Positions 37,995-52,000 of a stretch of 64,000 nt of DNA are shown one piece after another. A program made the translations under genes and the position numbers. A model generated the notes under the pieces. It did no database searches. It was not told where the DNA came from and was given only the letters and a program-made list of their open reading frames with translations. The stretch is from Aplysia californica (taxonomy: Eukaryota): the NCBI RefSeq assembly GCF_000002075.1, contig NW_004797313.1, positions 443,628-507,627 of the forward strand, written 5' to 3'. Numbering within the stretch: the stretch's first letter is position 1; each line of letters starts with the position of its first letter.

Positions 37995-39915
37995 TACATC
38001 ATAATGTAACAAGAAAATGCCATTTACTTCAGTTCATTGTTTTGTATGTGTTACAAAAATCTCAGACCAAAATGATATGTATCCAAATAAAGTGAAGAAA
38101 AGGAGGCAGGGTTCACAAACATTCTGATTTTCTAGAATTTCAATCTGAAAAATTATATTGTGTAAAAGAAAAGGCAATTCTTTTACCTCTTCAAGAAAAT
38201 AAGACGCAGGCTCAGAAAATTTTAAGAAACTTATATGGTGTAGTACTCATACAGATGAAAGTAGAAGAGAAACATTTATCAACATTTTTTTAAACAATGT
38301 ATTTTAATGGCCGTTTCATTTCATTTTATCATATCACTCTCAATGGCAGTAAAACAAGAATTTTTCTCACCTTCCAAACTTGCAGTCAAAAAGTCAAATC
38401 TATCACTGATCACATGCAACAATCACACGAACTCCAAATATTTCAACAAGCTTTCAATTCTTCATTTCACTCTTTCATTTCATGCCACACTTAGTATAAG
38501 AAATAGCATCACATTCCTCCCGTTTTCATTTCTTTTAATTTCATATCATTTTGAAGGCTGTGAGTGTTGAAACAGCTCTTCACACCAGTTTGATAAGCCC
38601 AATCTCTTTTAAAAAAGACAGGAACAAATTCATAGGATTTTGGATGCGGCAGCATAACAGTACATTTGTTTGCAGCTGTCATTATGCTCTTTGTATCTAT
38701 AGCATGAATTCAAAGATCATTGTTTAAGAGCTGTATGCCAGGTTCATCTCTTGTATCACAATTTCATGAACCTATAAAAATACTGAAACCCCTAAAATTA
38801 ACATACTAGATCGACCCACATCTGGTCAACAAAAATTTCAAATTAACATTTCTACCTTTATTTTGTAATTATGATTAGATCTACAGACTTAAGAAAGATG
38901 TTGCTTCATAAAATTCAGAGTGAGACTTACTTGAAACAGAATTTCAACTGAGAGTAAAACAATTAAAGAACAAATCAACACAATTTATGTGCTTAACTCC
39001 CGAACATAGATCTACACTGGGAATTCAAGTCTACCTGATGCTGCATCGGTTTGTCCCTTCAAAAAAAATTTTTTAAATCCTAAAGTACAGCATTCCCACT
39101 TATGTCATCAACAATGTTTTACAAAAGTGACTAAAGTGAAAGCTGAAAAAAAAAATCCCTCCTCAAATACAGGGAACACATGAAGCTATTCCCTGGTTAC
39201 TTAAATAAAATCAGCCAAAAGCGGTACGGTTCACTCCCTGCATTTCGGCCTACAAATGTACAGCAGATCGCAATTATAGGCATTGAGCATATATCAAATG
39301 CCTTGAAAATCAAAAATTCTTTGTGTTGTCTTTGTGCATAATCTAATTCAAAGGTCAAAGATGAAAAAAACATGCACTTGAAACATTGCAATCTTCTTGA
39401 CTTCTTGCCTAGACAGTAATTTTGCTCAGAATAAAAAGAGGTAGAAACACATGATCCATGTTTGATCACATTGTCCTAAATATTTATCCACTCTTCAACA
39501 CGAGACCATAATAGGACTTCTGCAAATAAAAACAGTCAAACACAGTTGCATCATCAAAAAAAGCCATTCACACAAAAGTGTACATCCACCCATAACTTTA
39601 TAATTTTATAAATACAAATCTCGCCCTTTGTTTTATCACAAAAACGGTTCTGTGACAAACATACTCGATGCATCAAGAGTACCATGACAACATAGGGTCA
39701 AAATGAATACTTCAAGATTATTACCTATGTTGGGATATAGGCCATCCGACTTCATGAGACAAACAAAAAAGGGCCAATTTATAAATGACACTGCATTTGA
39801 AGAGAAGTATATTTTCACACTTCTGGAGATCTCTGTGGAACTCCATATTTCTGAGGTCCAATTCGGAGTAAACTGGCACCTGTTTTCGACTCAAAACAAT
39901 TTTGAAAATGTGTAA

Positions 39916-40035
39916 CTATAACCACTGTTCTGAAGAACTGGCTGATATATCCAGGAGTTTCCAAGCAGCTGTCGGATCAAGTTCCTCCTGGTCCCGACAT
40001 AAGGCCCACACATACATGATGCGCAATATCTTGTC
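39916..40035 (-). CDS. TIMM44: TIMM44 last exon (DKILRIMYVWALCRD...EQWL*)
   Basis: 120 nt, TAG stop. Confidence 0.93.
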   Translation of the reverse strand, partial: DKILRIMYVWALCRDQEELDPTAAWKLLDISASSSEQWL

Positions 40036-43000
40036 CTGAAACATACAAAAACATGCAACAGATTATGTTTATTGTAGCTTTTTATGTCGGATATGAATGG
40101 AACATCTTGCATTACCATTACATTCTGAATTTGCACCATGCATCAAAGGGACTGCATACTCTTGTTAACCCTGTCTTTGCCTTATAATGTACCTGATAGT
40201 CATGAAAATGCGCAATTTTAGCCAACTTGTGACTATTTCAGACCCCGGAGTTCGGTCATGTCAATTTTCTAACACCTCCCATTCCTCATTTCTCCCCAAT
40301 CTTACTCATAATTTCAAATAAATTGCAAATCTAAGCCAAAAAAGGAATATATTTGCCTTTTTAAAGTCATTGTAGTGTGTACATTTTGCGAGAGCGTGCG
40401 GCCGCCCTCAAGCCTAGATCTGTGTTTATCAATCGCTTGCAAGCCCAACAGTAAAGTAATACTAGCAAATTTTGTACCATTGTGCACGTCTTTTATTCCT
40501 AAATACGAATCCACTCAGTGCTTGAGGATAAAACTCCGTACAGAATAACTAGAGCCAGGTTATTAGCGTGACATACATGTAATGTCATTTAGGCAACCTG
40601 GAGCAGCAAATTTTGTCAACTTCCGTGATGTCCATGGTACCCTACAAAGCTAAAAATTACTCATTTTCATGACGCACCAGGTACGTCGTATGCAACAATC
40701 ATGACATATGTACCTTTTACACAGTTTTAATAAATTATCAGAGAACAAGAACCAAATTAAAAGTACGGTAAATGAGACAATTGGAGACACGGTGTAAAGT
40801 TGGGTGGCACAGTATAGTGAAACTCGATATTACAAAGCCATCAGACACAACCTTCAAGATTCCTGAATATCAGAGCTCATTATAAAATAAGGTGTGACTA
40901 ATTCTGATTAATCACACAAGATCGCTGCGTGTCTCTGATAGGTCAATCATAGTGTACAGTGTATGATACACAATAAATGTATAATGATCTACTGTGCAGG
41001 ATAAACAACAGCCCCATGGAATAGAGTACATAAGGTTCGTTGTGGGAGAAAAATGCACAAAGCCACTCATTAGAGGGGGCTGTTCATTCTACAAGTGGCT
41101 TTGTTGAGTCTAAGTTTGCTAGTGCGTTCCTTGAATACAAGGTATTTTATTGATTACCGTATAATAAATCATGATCGCCCACGCCAGTCGGTAAGGCACC
41201 AGATGATGATGATAATAATAAATTTTAGAAAAATGGGGGAATCTTGCACGGCGCACCGGCAGTGGAATTTTAGTCGTCGTGGGGGGTTCCCCGCAGGGCG
41301 CCTTATCACGTCGGGGTCACGGAGGTCAGCTCCCTGTCGCCGCTCTGTCTTGGCCGACTAAATTTTTGGTACTTTTCAACTGATAGGTCTACATTCCTCT
41401 TTCCGTAGGTACCGCAGGCGGGCCGTTTTCAAGGCAGACAGCCACTGCTTAAGCCAGATTTGGACAACTTCACCCAACTATTAGCTGGTTTTAATTTTTG
41501 TAAACACTAATAAAAATGATACCACTGTTTTCTGTGTCTTTCCTTCTTAATGGTGAATGAGAAACTGATACTTATGATTGCATATTTAGTTTTTAATTGA
41601 CTAAAGTTTAACACGGGAAAACTCAACCGTCTCGCAATTTTGCGCGCTTAGATTTGGGGGGTGCTTGTTTTAAATTTCGATTTCTCAGACGTGAATCATC
41701 GAATTTTCTTGCGGTTTGAAACATAAAAATCTGGGATTTCGGGAGAATTTCCGGGGAATGTGTTTATGTTTTTATTCCGAGAGGAAAGCGTGAGTTGTAC
41801 GATGTAAAGACGAACAAAGCATTTTAAAATATGAAATTCGACACAAATCGGGCTATCCGTGCCAGGATCATATTCCTAAACATCTGTACTATCAAGTTTA
41901 GGTGTTTAGAAAAGCCAACTACGTTCAACGAAGTAGAAATATTACTTTTTCTGAAGTGGGGTAACAACCACTTTCGGGAGATCGTCATTCTGCCATTGCG
42001 GCTGTTCCATCGCCCACTGCCACCCCCTCTGACTTGACCCAACCAGCAGACGATTATATGATGGTTCAGTGAAAGAAACATTCGATAGATCTGTTCATGG
42101 CGTCAATTTATGTAGGTATTATCATAATTTTCTTTTAGGATACTTATGAATATCGTGTTTTAAAAAATAAGACTAATAGGCCACCACTTGACGTGTTGTT
42201 GGATTGTTATTGTTTGGTGGGAATCACGCCGACCTACATTTCCACCACCTCATAGTGAATTAATTGCGATCTATACAAATGTATCGCTTCATGGTGGTAT
42301 TTTTGCTGTCTTTTCAACTAAGAACACCTTATTTATTCTAAATGCATCGAAATCCAAGCATTTCTGGTCGACAAAGTGAAAGAATAAAGCCATGAATGGT
42401 TGAACTGGGAGTTCTATTTATAGTAACATGTCATCACACACTAAACACTCGGAAGGGGTTACCGGGTGTTATAGTGTTACTGATGGAAATGTTCGTAGAT
42501 CTATTGTTTTTGCATTTAATTTGATAAAACAAAAAGGCTAGATCTACGTTCTTGATTGGTGGATATTCAATTATTGAATTAACCAGTCTTTCTTTTTTAT
42601 TTATTCTTAGTTAGTTAGACTTAGATGTCACCTGATAATTGGAGAAATGCCCCCCCCCCCCCCCTTCTTCCATCCACTTACTGGACGCATAAATTGTATT
42701 TCCCCAGCCACTGGTTTCTTTCTCAGCTAAATTAGGATAAATAAATCTAGAACTAGATCTATATTATACAAGATGAACCCCGGTAGATAGTATATTGATT
42801 TACTTCAAATTTTTAAACCCCCTGAGCAGAAATCTTCATTTAATTTTCTCAACCAATATTGATTACTTTTTTCACATTATTGTCCATTTCTGAAATGTTT
42901 GGAAGGGTTTTACTTTCTATAAACTTATTCACCTTACAGAGCATGAAAAGAGCTTTAATTTGATATATAATGCAGCCTTGTAGCACAATTTGTTGATTTT

Positions 43001-46000
43001 ATATGAATTTTTTTCCAGTCGGCAGACGTTATGATTTTCACTCAATAATGGCAGGTTTTTGGGCTTTAGGGCCCTGTTATTGAGTGTTGTGAGAGGTTTT
43101 AGTAAACAATTTTCATTTGGCCTCATAGAGCTTGCATTGAGCTTTAATTTGATGTATGATTTAGCCCTGTAGCTTAATTTTTGAACTTGTTGTGATACTT
43201 TTTGCCCGAGGATGTACCGATGTACCAGAGTTCCCCTAATTTTTTTCCAAGGGGCATTTTTTGCCCCGAAGCCCACTTCAGAGGAGCCCAGAAAAGTTAC
43301 TTATCGTCAGAGAGGTCTGAAAAAAATTCAGCTAAGTCTATGCATATATTTGTAATGATTGTGTGCTTTTCACTAATGGGGAGGCAGTTTTGACTAATTT
43401 GGAAGAGGTTGAAATAATGGCCTATTTTGACATTTTTTTTCAATTTTTGAAGGCCTATATCTTGGAAACCAGTCATTCTAACATGCTTTGATTTAGAGAT
43501 ATCAATATTTGTGTTGACATCTCTGGGAAAAACAAAGTTTTCATTAATTTGACCATGCACTTTGTATTTTACAACACCTCAAACATGGGTGACAGTCGCA
43601 GTTGAAAAGGTTTCGTTCAAAAATAAAACTTTGAAATACCATATCTCGATTGTTTATTGATGGATTTTGATAATTCTTTTTTTTAATGTTCTTGTTTTAT
43701 TAAGTAGATTTGAACACCTAAGGTTTAAACATCAATATTGTTCAAAAACAATTTCGCTTGTGGTACCTACTTTCAGTTGTACACTGTGACATAATCATTC
43801 AACTCCCCTTAAAATTAGCAGGAGCTAGAGTCACATTCCCGGCCACAGCTGTAACAAGAACAAGAACAATGACAAAGTACTCAAATTATAATATGGTACT
43901 CACAGGATCCCCTTCCACCACACTACCCTTTGCATCTCGGACAACCAGTATCTGCTGTGCATTAAAACTGATGACTAAGACTGGGCCTTGCTCCATAATT
44001 TTGCCAGCAACTACCTGTTGAAATAAAAGGAAAAGAAAATAATCATACTTCACACTATGGTTATTCACAAAAGTCATTACGTTTGTTGTTACACATGAAT
44101 TTTCATACTTTGTGTGCCCTAACCAACTTAGCTTTTCACTTTATGGGCCCAGGTGCACGCCTGAGACTGTGCAACCTTTACTCCATCTGCACATTCAACG
44201 CATACCTCATAAATTTATGTTGACCAAAGGGAACTTAGTTCCTTGAATTCTGTAAGCTCAGGAGACCATGAGCAAAACACATGAGAGTGCTCTTTGAACA
44301 TTGTTGATTAATAAAAACGTAATATATTGAAAAATTTGACAGGGTAAGAAGAAAAAGAGGAACTGAAATAGGTTTAAGACGCGAGTCGGATTTTCTCCTT
44401 CAACACTTTTGAAATTTATTTAAAAACCAACTGACATAACAATACGAAATGACAAAAGCTAAACAGAAACTTTCGACGTTAAGTTTCTGGTTTCTGCAAA
44501 GGAGACTAACTACTCCCATAGGTGACTACAGAGAGCTAGGAATATTTTACCGAGAAAATGAACAAAATAACAAAATAATGTTACACAGAGACCAAACTGT
44601 CTCTCCATACTCACGTCAACTTGTGTAATATCTAAAACCTTGGAATCAAAAACATAGCCAGCCTTCTTTGCTTGTTCTATGGGATGGGCTAGAGTATTGT
44701 AAGGCTGAAACAAAACAAAAAGAAACTAATGAGTACAACAAGGACAAACAGAGAATCAGGGGCCCAACAAACATCACGTGTGAACATATGTATAGAGTCA
44801 TCCACACTACCCATCATAGTCAGACTTGAGGAAATCCTTTCAATTAACCTTGCTCGATATTTTAATTCATAACTTTTCAACAAGATTTATTTTTCAAGCA
44901 CAAAGTCTGGATTATGACCCCCTGAACGCAAAAACGGACACTAAAAAAGCTCACTTGTGCTGTTGAGACATACTTCAAGTAACATGTACCAGGAACTGAA
45001 GTACAATTGCAAAACTTTATAAAAAAACTTACAGCATTTCAAAAACAAAGACTATTAAGAAAAAAATAAGCCCATGGGGGCTCTCCTGACCTAGAGGTTA
45101 AGGTGTTGGCCTCTCATTCAAAGGTCCCGGGTTCGAATCCGGGTAGCGACCGAAAAATTTTCTTCTCTAAAATTGTCTCCTTTCACCTCCTTTCCTGCTC
45201 TCTAGCAATGTTCTGTTGTCTGCTTTCATTTCCACTTTCTGCCCCCACCCCTTCACCTCCTTTGCCCCCTCCTCTGGGATCCTGACTCTTTCTGCAGCCA
45301 TTCTACTGCTACTCCTTGGCTCCTCCTTACTGCTGTCTTTCTGCCACACCCCTGATCTTCTGGTAGGAAAGATCTACACCTAGCCTTCTCGGACAAGGGC
45401 GAAAAATCTCGGAGAGCCCGTGTGCAAGTTGCACACGTTAAAGATCCCTTGGTGGTCTAAAATCAATAAGAGTAGGCTTCGGCCGCCACCCGGGCAAAAT
45501 TCAAAATTTCCTACCAACTGAAAATATTAGGTGTGTCCCGCGCGCTCATATGACCTTATGCAGTTGCGAGCGCCGTAAAACACTTTACAAAAACAAAACT
45601 ATGAGCCCATGATTAAAATTACAATACAAATATAAAATCAGCAAATGCATAAGCTTCTCTGCCACACATTTTCATTTATGACTATGTCCTAGATCAGTAA
45701 CCGATGTGCAACAACGGAGGCAGGATCTAAGTGGCTGCCCCAATCATATGCCTCACCTTCTTTTTCAGTGGGAGCAGGGAATGTTTTAGCATTAATTTTA
45801 GTAAAAGTTTTACAGCATTTGCAACACAAGTAAGTCATTTATGTGCTGAAGATTAGAAGTTTTACTAGAAAATAACATACAACTTGAACAGAAGAAGGAA
45901 AGATAAGGACAATAGCTATTGGACAGGAAAGAACAACAGAAAATGTGAGAGTGACCACTTCAAGAATATGACTGGCCATTACTGAAAAGCTCATTGTTCT

Positions 46001-49000
46001 CGTAAGTCAGTGGGAACTGCTCTATTCACCCATTGTGATGCTACAAAAGATCATGAGGTAAAAAACTATGAAAGTGCTGTAAAAACAGTAACCATTCTAT
46101 AGCCTAAAATCTATGGATGAGCGATAAACTTTAAAAGATCAATCTTCCCTTTCTAAAATCACACATGAAAGAGTGATATCTCTTTGTCACTGTATATCTA
46201 GCATTCCTCATTTATTTTTGTTTTGTTTTACCCATGCATGTCTTTTACAAATGCTAAAAAAAACCATGAAGTTATAAAAAAAACATCACTAATGATGTTG
46301 GTGGCTCCCTCCCTTTCAATGGAAAAAAAAATAGGTATTCTAGTTTTTAGTTTTAGTAAGAGTTTTACGGCACTTGCAACACAATAAGGTCATATAAGTG
46401 CCTAAGATTAGAGGTGTTACAAGAGAGTAACAAACATAAAAAAGAAGGAGGGGAGATAAAGATAATAGATGTTTGATAGGAAAGAAGAAGCAAACCACAC
46501 CAGAGCACCTGTCAACCACCCACAAATAGGTATTCAATTGTCCAGGATGATGAAGGATAAATAACAGAAAAAAATACTCACAGCTTCAAAGCACCAGTCC
46601 TTTAGAACATCCAGATCACCTCTGATCATTGCCTGTTCAAGATAAAGAAAAAAGCTCTTCACATAATAGATTAATTACTTTAGTACAACAGAGAAAAAAA
46701 TAAACCCTGCTAATCTGCTGAGGTAACTATTCTCTGATCTGACTGACAAATAAGAGCCATATCCTCTTCAAACCATTAAAATATCTCCTCAACCATACAG
46801 TGGAATCATGTTATAACGAGAGGGAGGGGACCGGTGCGAAATGTCCGTTATAGCAGGATTCTCGTGATAAGGGATCCAGTAATAAATTCAAGATAAATAG
46901 TAAAATAGGCCTAATCTATGAGTTATGTGTTCTGTTTATTCCTTTTTGTATTTTCCCTGATGATGATTTTGTTCAACATGATCTCTAGGTCTTACTTGAT
47001 CAAAAATCGAATCAGGTTTCTTTCTTTAGCACAAGCAATGTTGACAGTTCGGCGTTGGTGATCAAAAAGAAGGGGCTCTGGCTCTAGGCTAACTCGCCCG
47101 CTGTGTCATCCCCCACCCCACCACACCCCCTAGTGTGTTGCGTCTGCTTGCGCACGTCACACATTCACTCCATCTATCAAAGCATTGTGACCGCTCAATC
47201 CCGCACCAATGAAGTGAGAGGCATGGTAGGCTAGGCCTAGATAATCTAGACTGGGCTGGCTTATCACGCGATGCGTTCTGTTTGTCTGCGCATGCCACAC
47301 CCTCCCCACTCATTCGCTCCGACCTTCATTGTTGGTTCGCGTGGGCTCCCCCATTCTTTGTTTCGCTGGATCACTAAGAAGTTTCTCAACTGGCGAGGTT
47401 TTATATTATGTTTAATAGGTCTGTGCGCTGTGCACAGCAGCAGCAATATTCCGTTATAACCGACTCGCGTGACTGTCTGATTGCACAATAGCAGTATTTT
47501 ATTTACAAAACTAAAGAAGGGAAAAAACGGCATTTTAGAATAGTGTCTTTATAAAAGATTTATTGTTATTTCAGGACTCATTATAAGTGGACTCCACTGT
47601 ATGAGATTAAGATAACCATTTCAAACTGTATCTGATAATATTCAAAAACTCTTTATGAGCACGAGAAACAACAGACACATATTTCACAATAGGATAATCA
47701 ACAAAAAAACTCAATTAAACTAGAACTGCAGAGTATTTTTAAAGATAAAACAAAGCTTGTTTAATGCATGATATTACTGAATTTACTTTAGTCTATTTAC
47801 CTCAAGAACGTTGGGGATGATTTCTCTCTCACATAGTCTCAAAAATTTCTCTCGGTCAAAATTGGGATCAATTTTGCAAATTTCTGTCAAGACTTCAGAC
47901 ATTTCTGTTTTTGAGAACATGCCACCTGTATGGATGAAAAAGAAAAGTATGGTACCAGAGGAAATCAGTAACATTACAATGAAGTAACAGATGTAACACT
48001 ACTTCATCATCCTGTGCTACATGCACACAATTTCATTCACTGAAGTCTCAGACTTGCAGAAACCCAATATGCCAGTTAATTTTTTTTAAATGAAAGCAAA
48101 CAGATTTGACAACTATACATATAAACATGAAATCCTAAGGGAAATCCTGAGCAAATTAAAATGCAGTCCAAGTGCTACAGAGAGTCGCTTGCTTATCTTG
48201 CAGATCCTTTCCTTTTGATTCTGCAACCAGTATTTTCCAGCTGCAAATTCAAGGAAGCTCCAGCACAAGAACTGAAGTATCAAAACAAAAGTTTCTGGCA
48301 ATGTACAATCTTTCCACAGCTATTTGAATAAATAAACCAAGAGCAATTTTACCTTTAACTGACAAAATCTAATTGCAGACTTCATTGATAAACAGCAAAA
48401 CTACATGGTATGAGGGGAAAAAATATAGATTCATACATACAAATGAATAGCCCATAATAAACAGACTCGTTAAAATATAGCTGCACCGTACCATGCTCCG
48501 ACCTGACTTTTACTCAAACTCCCAGAGCTAAAAACAGACTAAGCTACAAGATGTTCACTAAAATAAAATTATGCATATATGTAAATGGAAAAAGAGCCAG
48601 CAGCTATCATCGTAATGCAATTCTCTCGCAACTTTGTAATTCCTGTTTTGAGATACACTATAGATTATCTATACAGTCCGTGCCGGCTTTAAGCACGCTG
48701 GCATAAAGCATGTTTTGGACTCAAGCACGTTAAACGGATCTTACCGAAATTTTGCTGTATAAATTACACGCCTTTAAGCATGGTAACTTCGGCTTCAGGC
48801 ACGCTTCATTTACAAGACAGTCAACACTTTCTTGATGACCCATCGAAGTTCGAACACAGTCTACACCACAGCAGTGAGTGTGTTAAGAGAAACACAAAGA
48901 ACGCAAGTGATGGAGACACACGCGTGCAGAATGCACATAGGATCTAGCCTAGGGCAAAGCTACACACAGATGAAAAATACAAAGAGAGTCATGGAGACGA

Positions 49001-52000
49001 GAAATGGAGGCTGGCTGCAATTTTACCTTTGACCCTCGCTATCCATTAATCCTGATTGTGTATCACGTGTGAGGTGGGATGAAGGCGGTGGTATGTATGT
49101 GGCACAGCGGCCAGTACTAACGCACAGGCAGAGTGTAGGCCTAGTGTGCTGTATCGTGACTGGTCGTCTCAATTAAGTTTTTTTTATTTCCCATTCAACC
49201 AAAAAACAAAAACAAACAGGCAAACAAAAACTACCATGGCGGGTAAAAATAACAGTGCACACTTTTGAGAGACCGCTATAGGCCTAATTACAAATGAAGG
49301 GAAATAGCACAGGTAATTTTCTACATGAAAATCTCTGGATTATGTCTACTTCGAACTCAAGCACGCTTCGGCATTAAGCACGCTTAAGCTTTCTCCCGGT
49401 GACCGTGCTTAAAGCCGGCATGGACTGTACCATGAGGCAAATGACTTTAAAATATAAATTAATATAACACATTCTATACTATCAACAATACAAAAGAATT
49501 AAGATTACCAAACACTTGGCCAACTTTATCCGTGAAAAACCGGGTAGCTCTTATCATTACATTGTCACTCTCATCAAACTTCACTTTGAGGTCAAACAGT
49601 TCTGAAAGAGACATAAAAATGTAACAGTTTACAGAATGTTTCAAGTACTCAAAATGTTGGGGATGATTTCTCTCTCACATAATAATCAAGAGATTGTCCG
49701 AGAGTAGAGTCATTTCCATACAATTTCTTATATAAAATAATAGGCTATGCCAAGTTACAATATGCACAAACATTTCATGTTACAGAAATTTTTACCAAGT
49801 TGAAAAGTGATATTCTGACTGTAAATAAAGAGTTGTGTCAAATAACTTAGCAAGTTATTTTATTTTCTTGAAGCATTACAATTACAAGAAAATGTTGGAA
49901 AAGTTCAAAATTAGACAAAAAGTTTTTTTAAAAACCCTTCCCAAAAAACAATACAACACGACAAAAGACTGTAAAGACATTTAAAAGTTTTACTCATGAA
50001 GATAGAAAAAGAAAATAACTTACTATTTACATATTGGTTGTTGTCTTTGAAGTTCTGCCAGCTCTGATAAAACTTTGAATCTTTGTGAAGAACCATGCCG
50101 GTTGACTCTCTGATGGACAAGAATTGTACGAAATGAGTGAGCAAACCTCAATTCCAAAAAACAAAACAAAAGTACATCCATAGAAAACTGTGACATTGTC
50201 CAAGTTTCATTTCAGGAACTGTAGTCACGCTCTGATCAAAACATCATGGCCAAACAAGTCAGCCCCACAATGTTGCTAAAACACTTTGTCTCCTGCAACT
50301 TTTCTCTCTGCCAGAACATTTAATTCTGATCATTTAAACCACGTCCATAACACCAAACTCCCTCCCGAGCTGTTAGCAAGTTCATGCTGCAATCCAAGTT
50401 TAGCAAGATCGAGGCTGAAAAGCTAGAACAAACCAGATCTATTATATTGTCTATCCTATCGACTCAAGATCTACAACATAAATATACATTGTTACAGAGA
50501 AATGCCTTTTGGGACCATTCTTACTGAAGGCCTAACAGTGCTGAAAAAGGCAATGGAATGTATCACCCACTTCAAAAACAACCATAAAAAACCATACTCA
50601 CTCATCTGCCTCCACTGCTCTCCCATCTTTCGGCCTTGCAGATGTATCAGATCTTTTTCTCAATTTTTCTGCATAAAGAACGTGTTTTGACATTTGAAAA
50701 ATATGATTGTTTGTTTTCTTTAAGAAAAAAAAACATGTAAATAGTAAGTTCCAAACTTTTCTTTCTCTCAAGCAAACTAGATGCTGTACAACATAAACAT
50801 TAAACACACCTCACCAAATATTATTATGAAGAAATTTCGATGGTACATCATTTATAAAATGTTAACACTGATATGCAACAAAAATGAAAAAGGGGGATCC
50901 CACGGGGAAAGTCGAAGGGAAAATCTCACAACAGACACTCACATACATTCTTTGAAATAACTTTTACTAAAATAAAAACTGTCCAAAAATAAAAGAGTAA
51001 CAAACAAAAGTAAACACAAAAGTTTACAGACTCACTTATTGTTCCAGTGCAATTTGAATTAACAAAAACATATTATTAACAGGAAAATCCACCCTTAAAT
51101 TCTGTGAGTAAATCTATAACATGCATATGCTAGTGAGGTGTCTAATTGTCTGATCAGAGTTCTGAAGTGCCATGTTATTGACAAGTTAACTGTGGGTCAA
51201 ACACAATCAGTATGACGTGCCTTTTAATGATAGTTGTTAATGATGTGTTGTATAACTTTTGAATAACAAAATTTTTATGAGATACCGGAATACAAACCCA
51301 GTTAACGACTAAAGGACCCCTAGAGAGTAAAAAAAAATGTTAATTAACAGAGAGACAAAAATCAGCAGATTTGTCTCTAAAACTATTTTTTCTCACCTGG
51401 AGCCTTGTAATGCCTTGCCCTTGAGAGAGTGACCTCATCAAACTCCTCCTTAGCTGCCTTCACACCCTGAAACACAATACCAATACAAAAGAATATTCTT
51501 TTTTAAACTTCTTCAAGTAAGTACAATAAACATTCAGTCCAAAAGAGGCTACATTAGACATGTCCTGAAAAGCATTGCAGATTCATCCTGCTCCACTCAG
51601 CATAATCCCTTTCAGACAGAAAATCAAGATGAATTTTGAAGGGTTTGATACTGTGGTACTGACAAGGAGACACTGGACATGCTCAACCGCTCTTCACTTC
51701 TCATGCCCAGCCCAAAAATCGCTCCGTCAAAATAGTTGACTTTGACAGCATAATATCCGTCTACAAATGACAATGGTGCGTGCTGCCATAGTCAAATAAC
51801 ATGGCATTCATAAACATTTCTGTACCATTTTGGCTCGTTACCAAGGACACAGGATGTTTTAATGTCAGTTTTGATACTACTTCATCTTACAATTACAGGG
51901 AATAAAAAGAAGAGTAATTTTACAGACATAATATGTATGCTCCCAAAAATTGATATCTGAGCCCAAAACTAGTTTAGAAAGACCCGCCTGCCCCCTTAAT

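Noticed and set aside
45076-45151. tRNA-like sequence (also 57348-57423 and 6885-6957)
   Set aside because: Poor acceptor-stem pairing, and each continues into a shared repeat body and tail; these are SINE heads, not tRNA genes.
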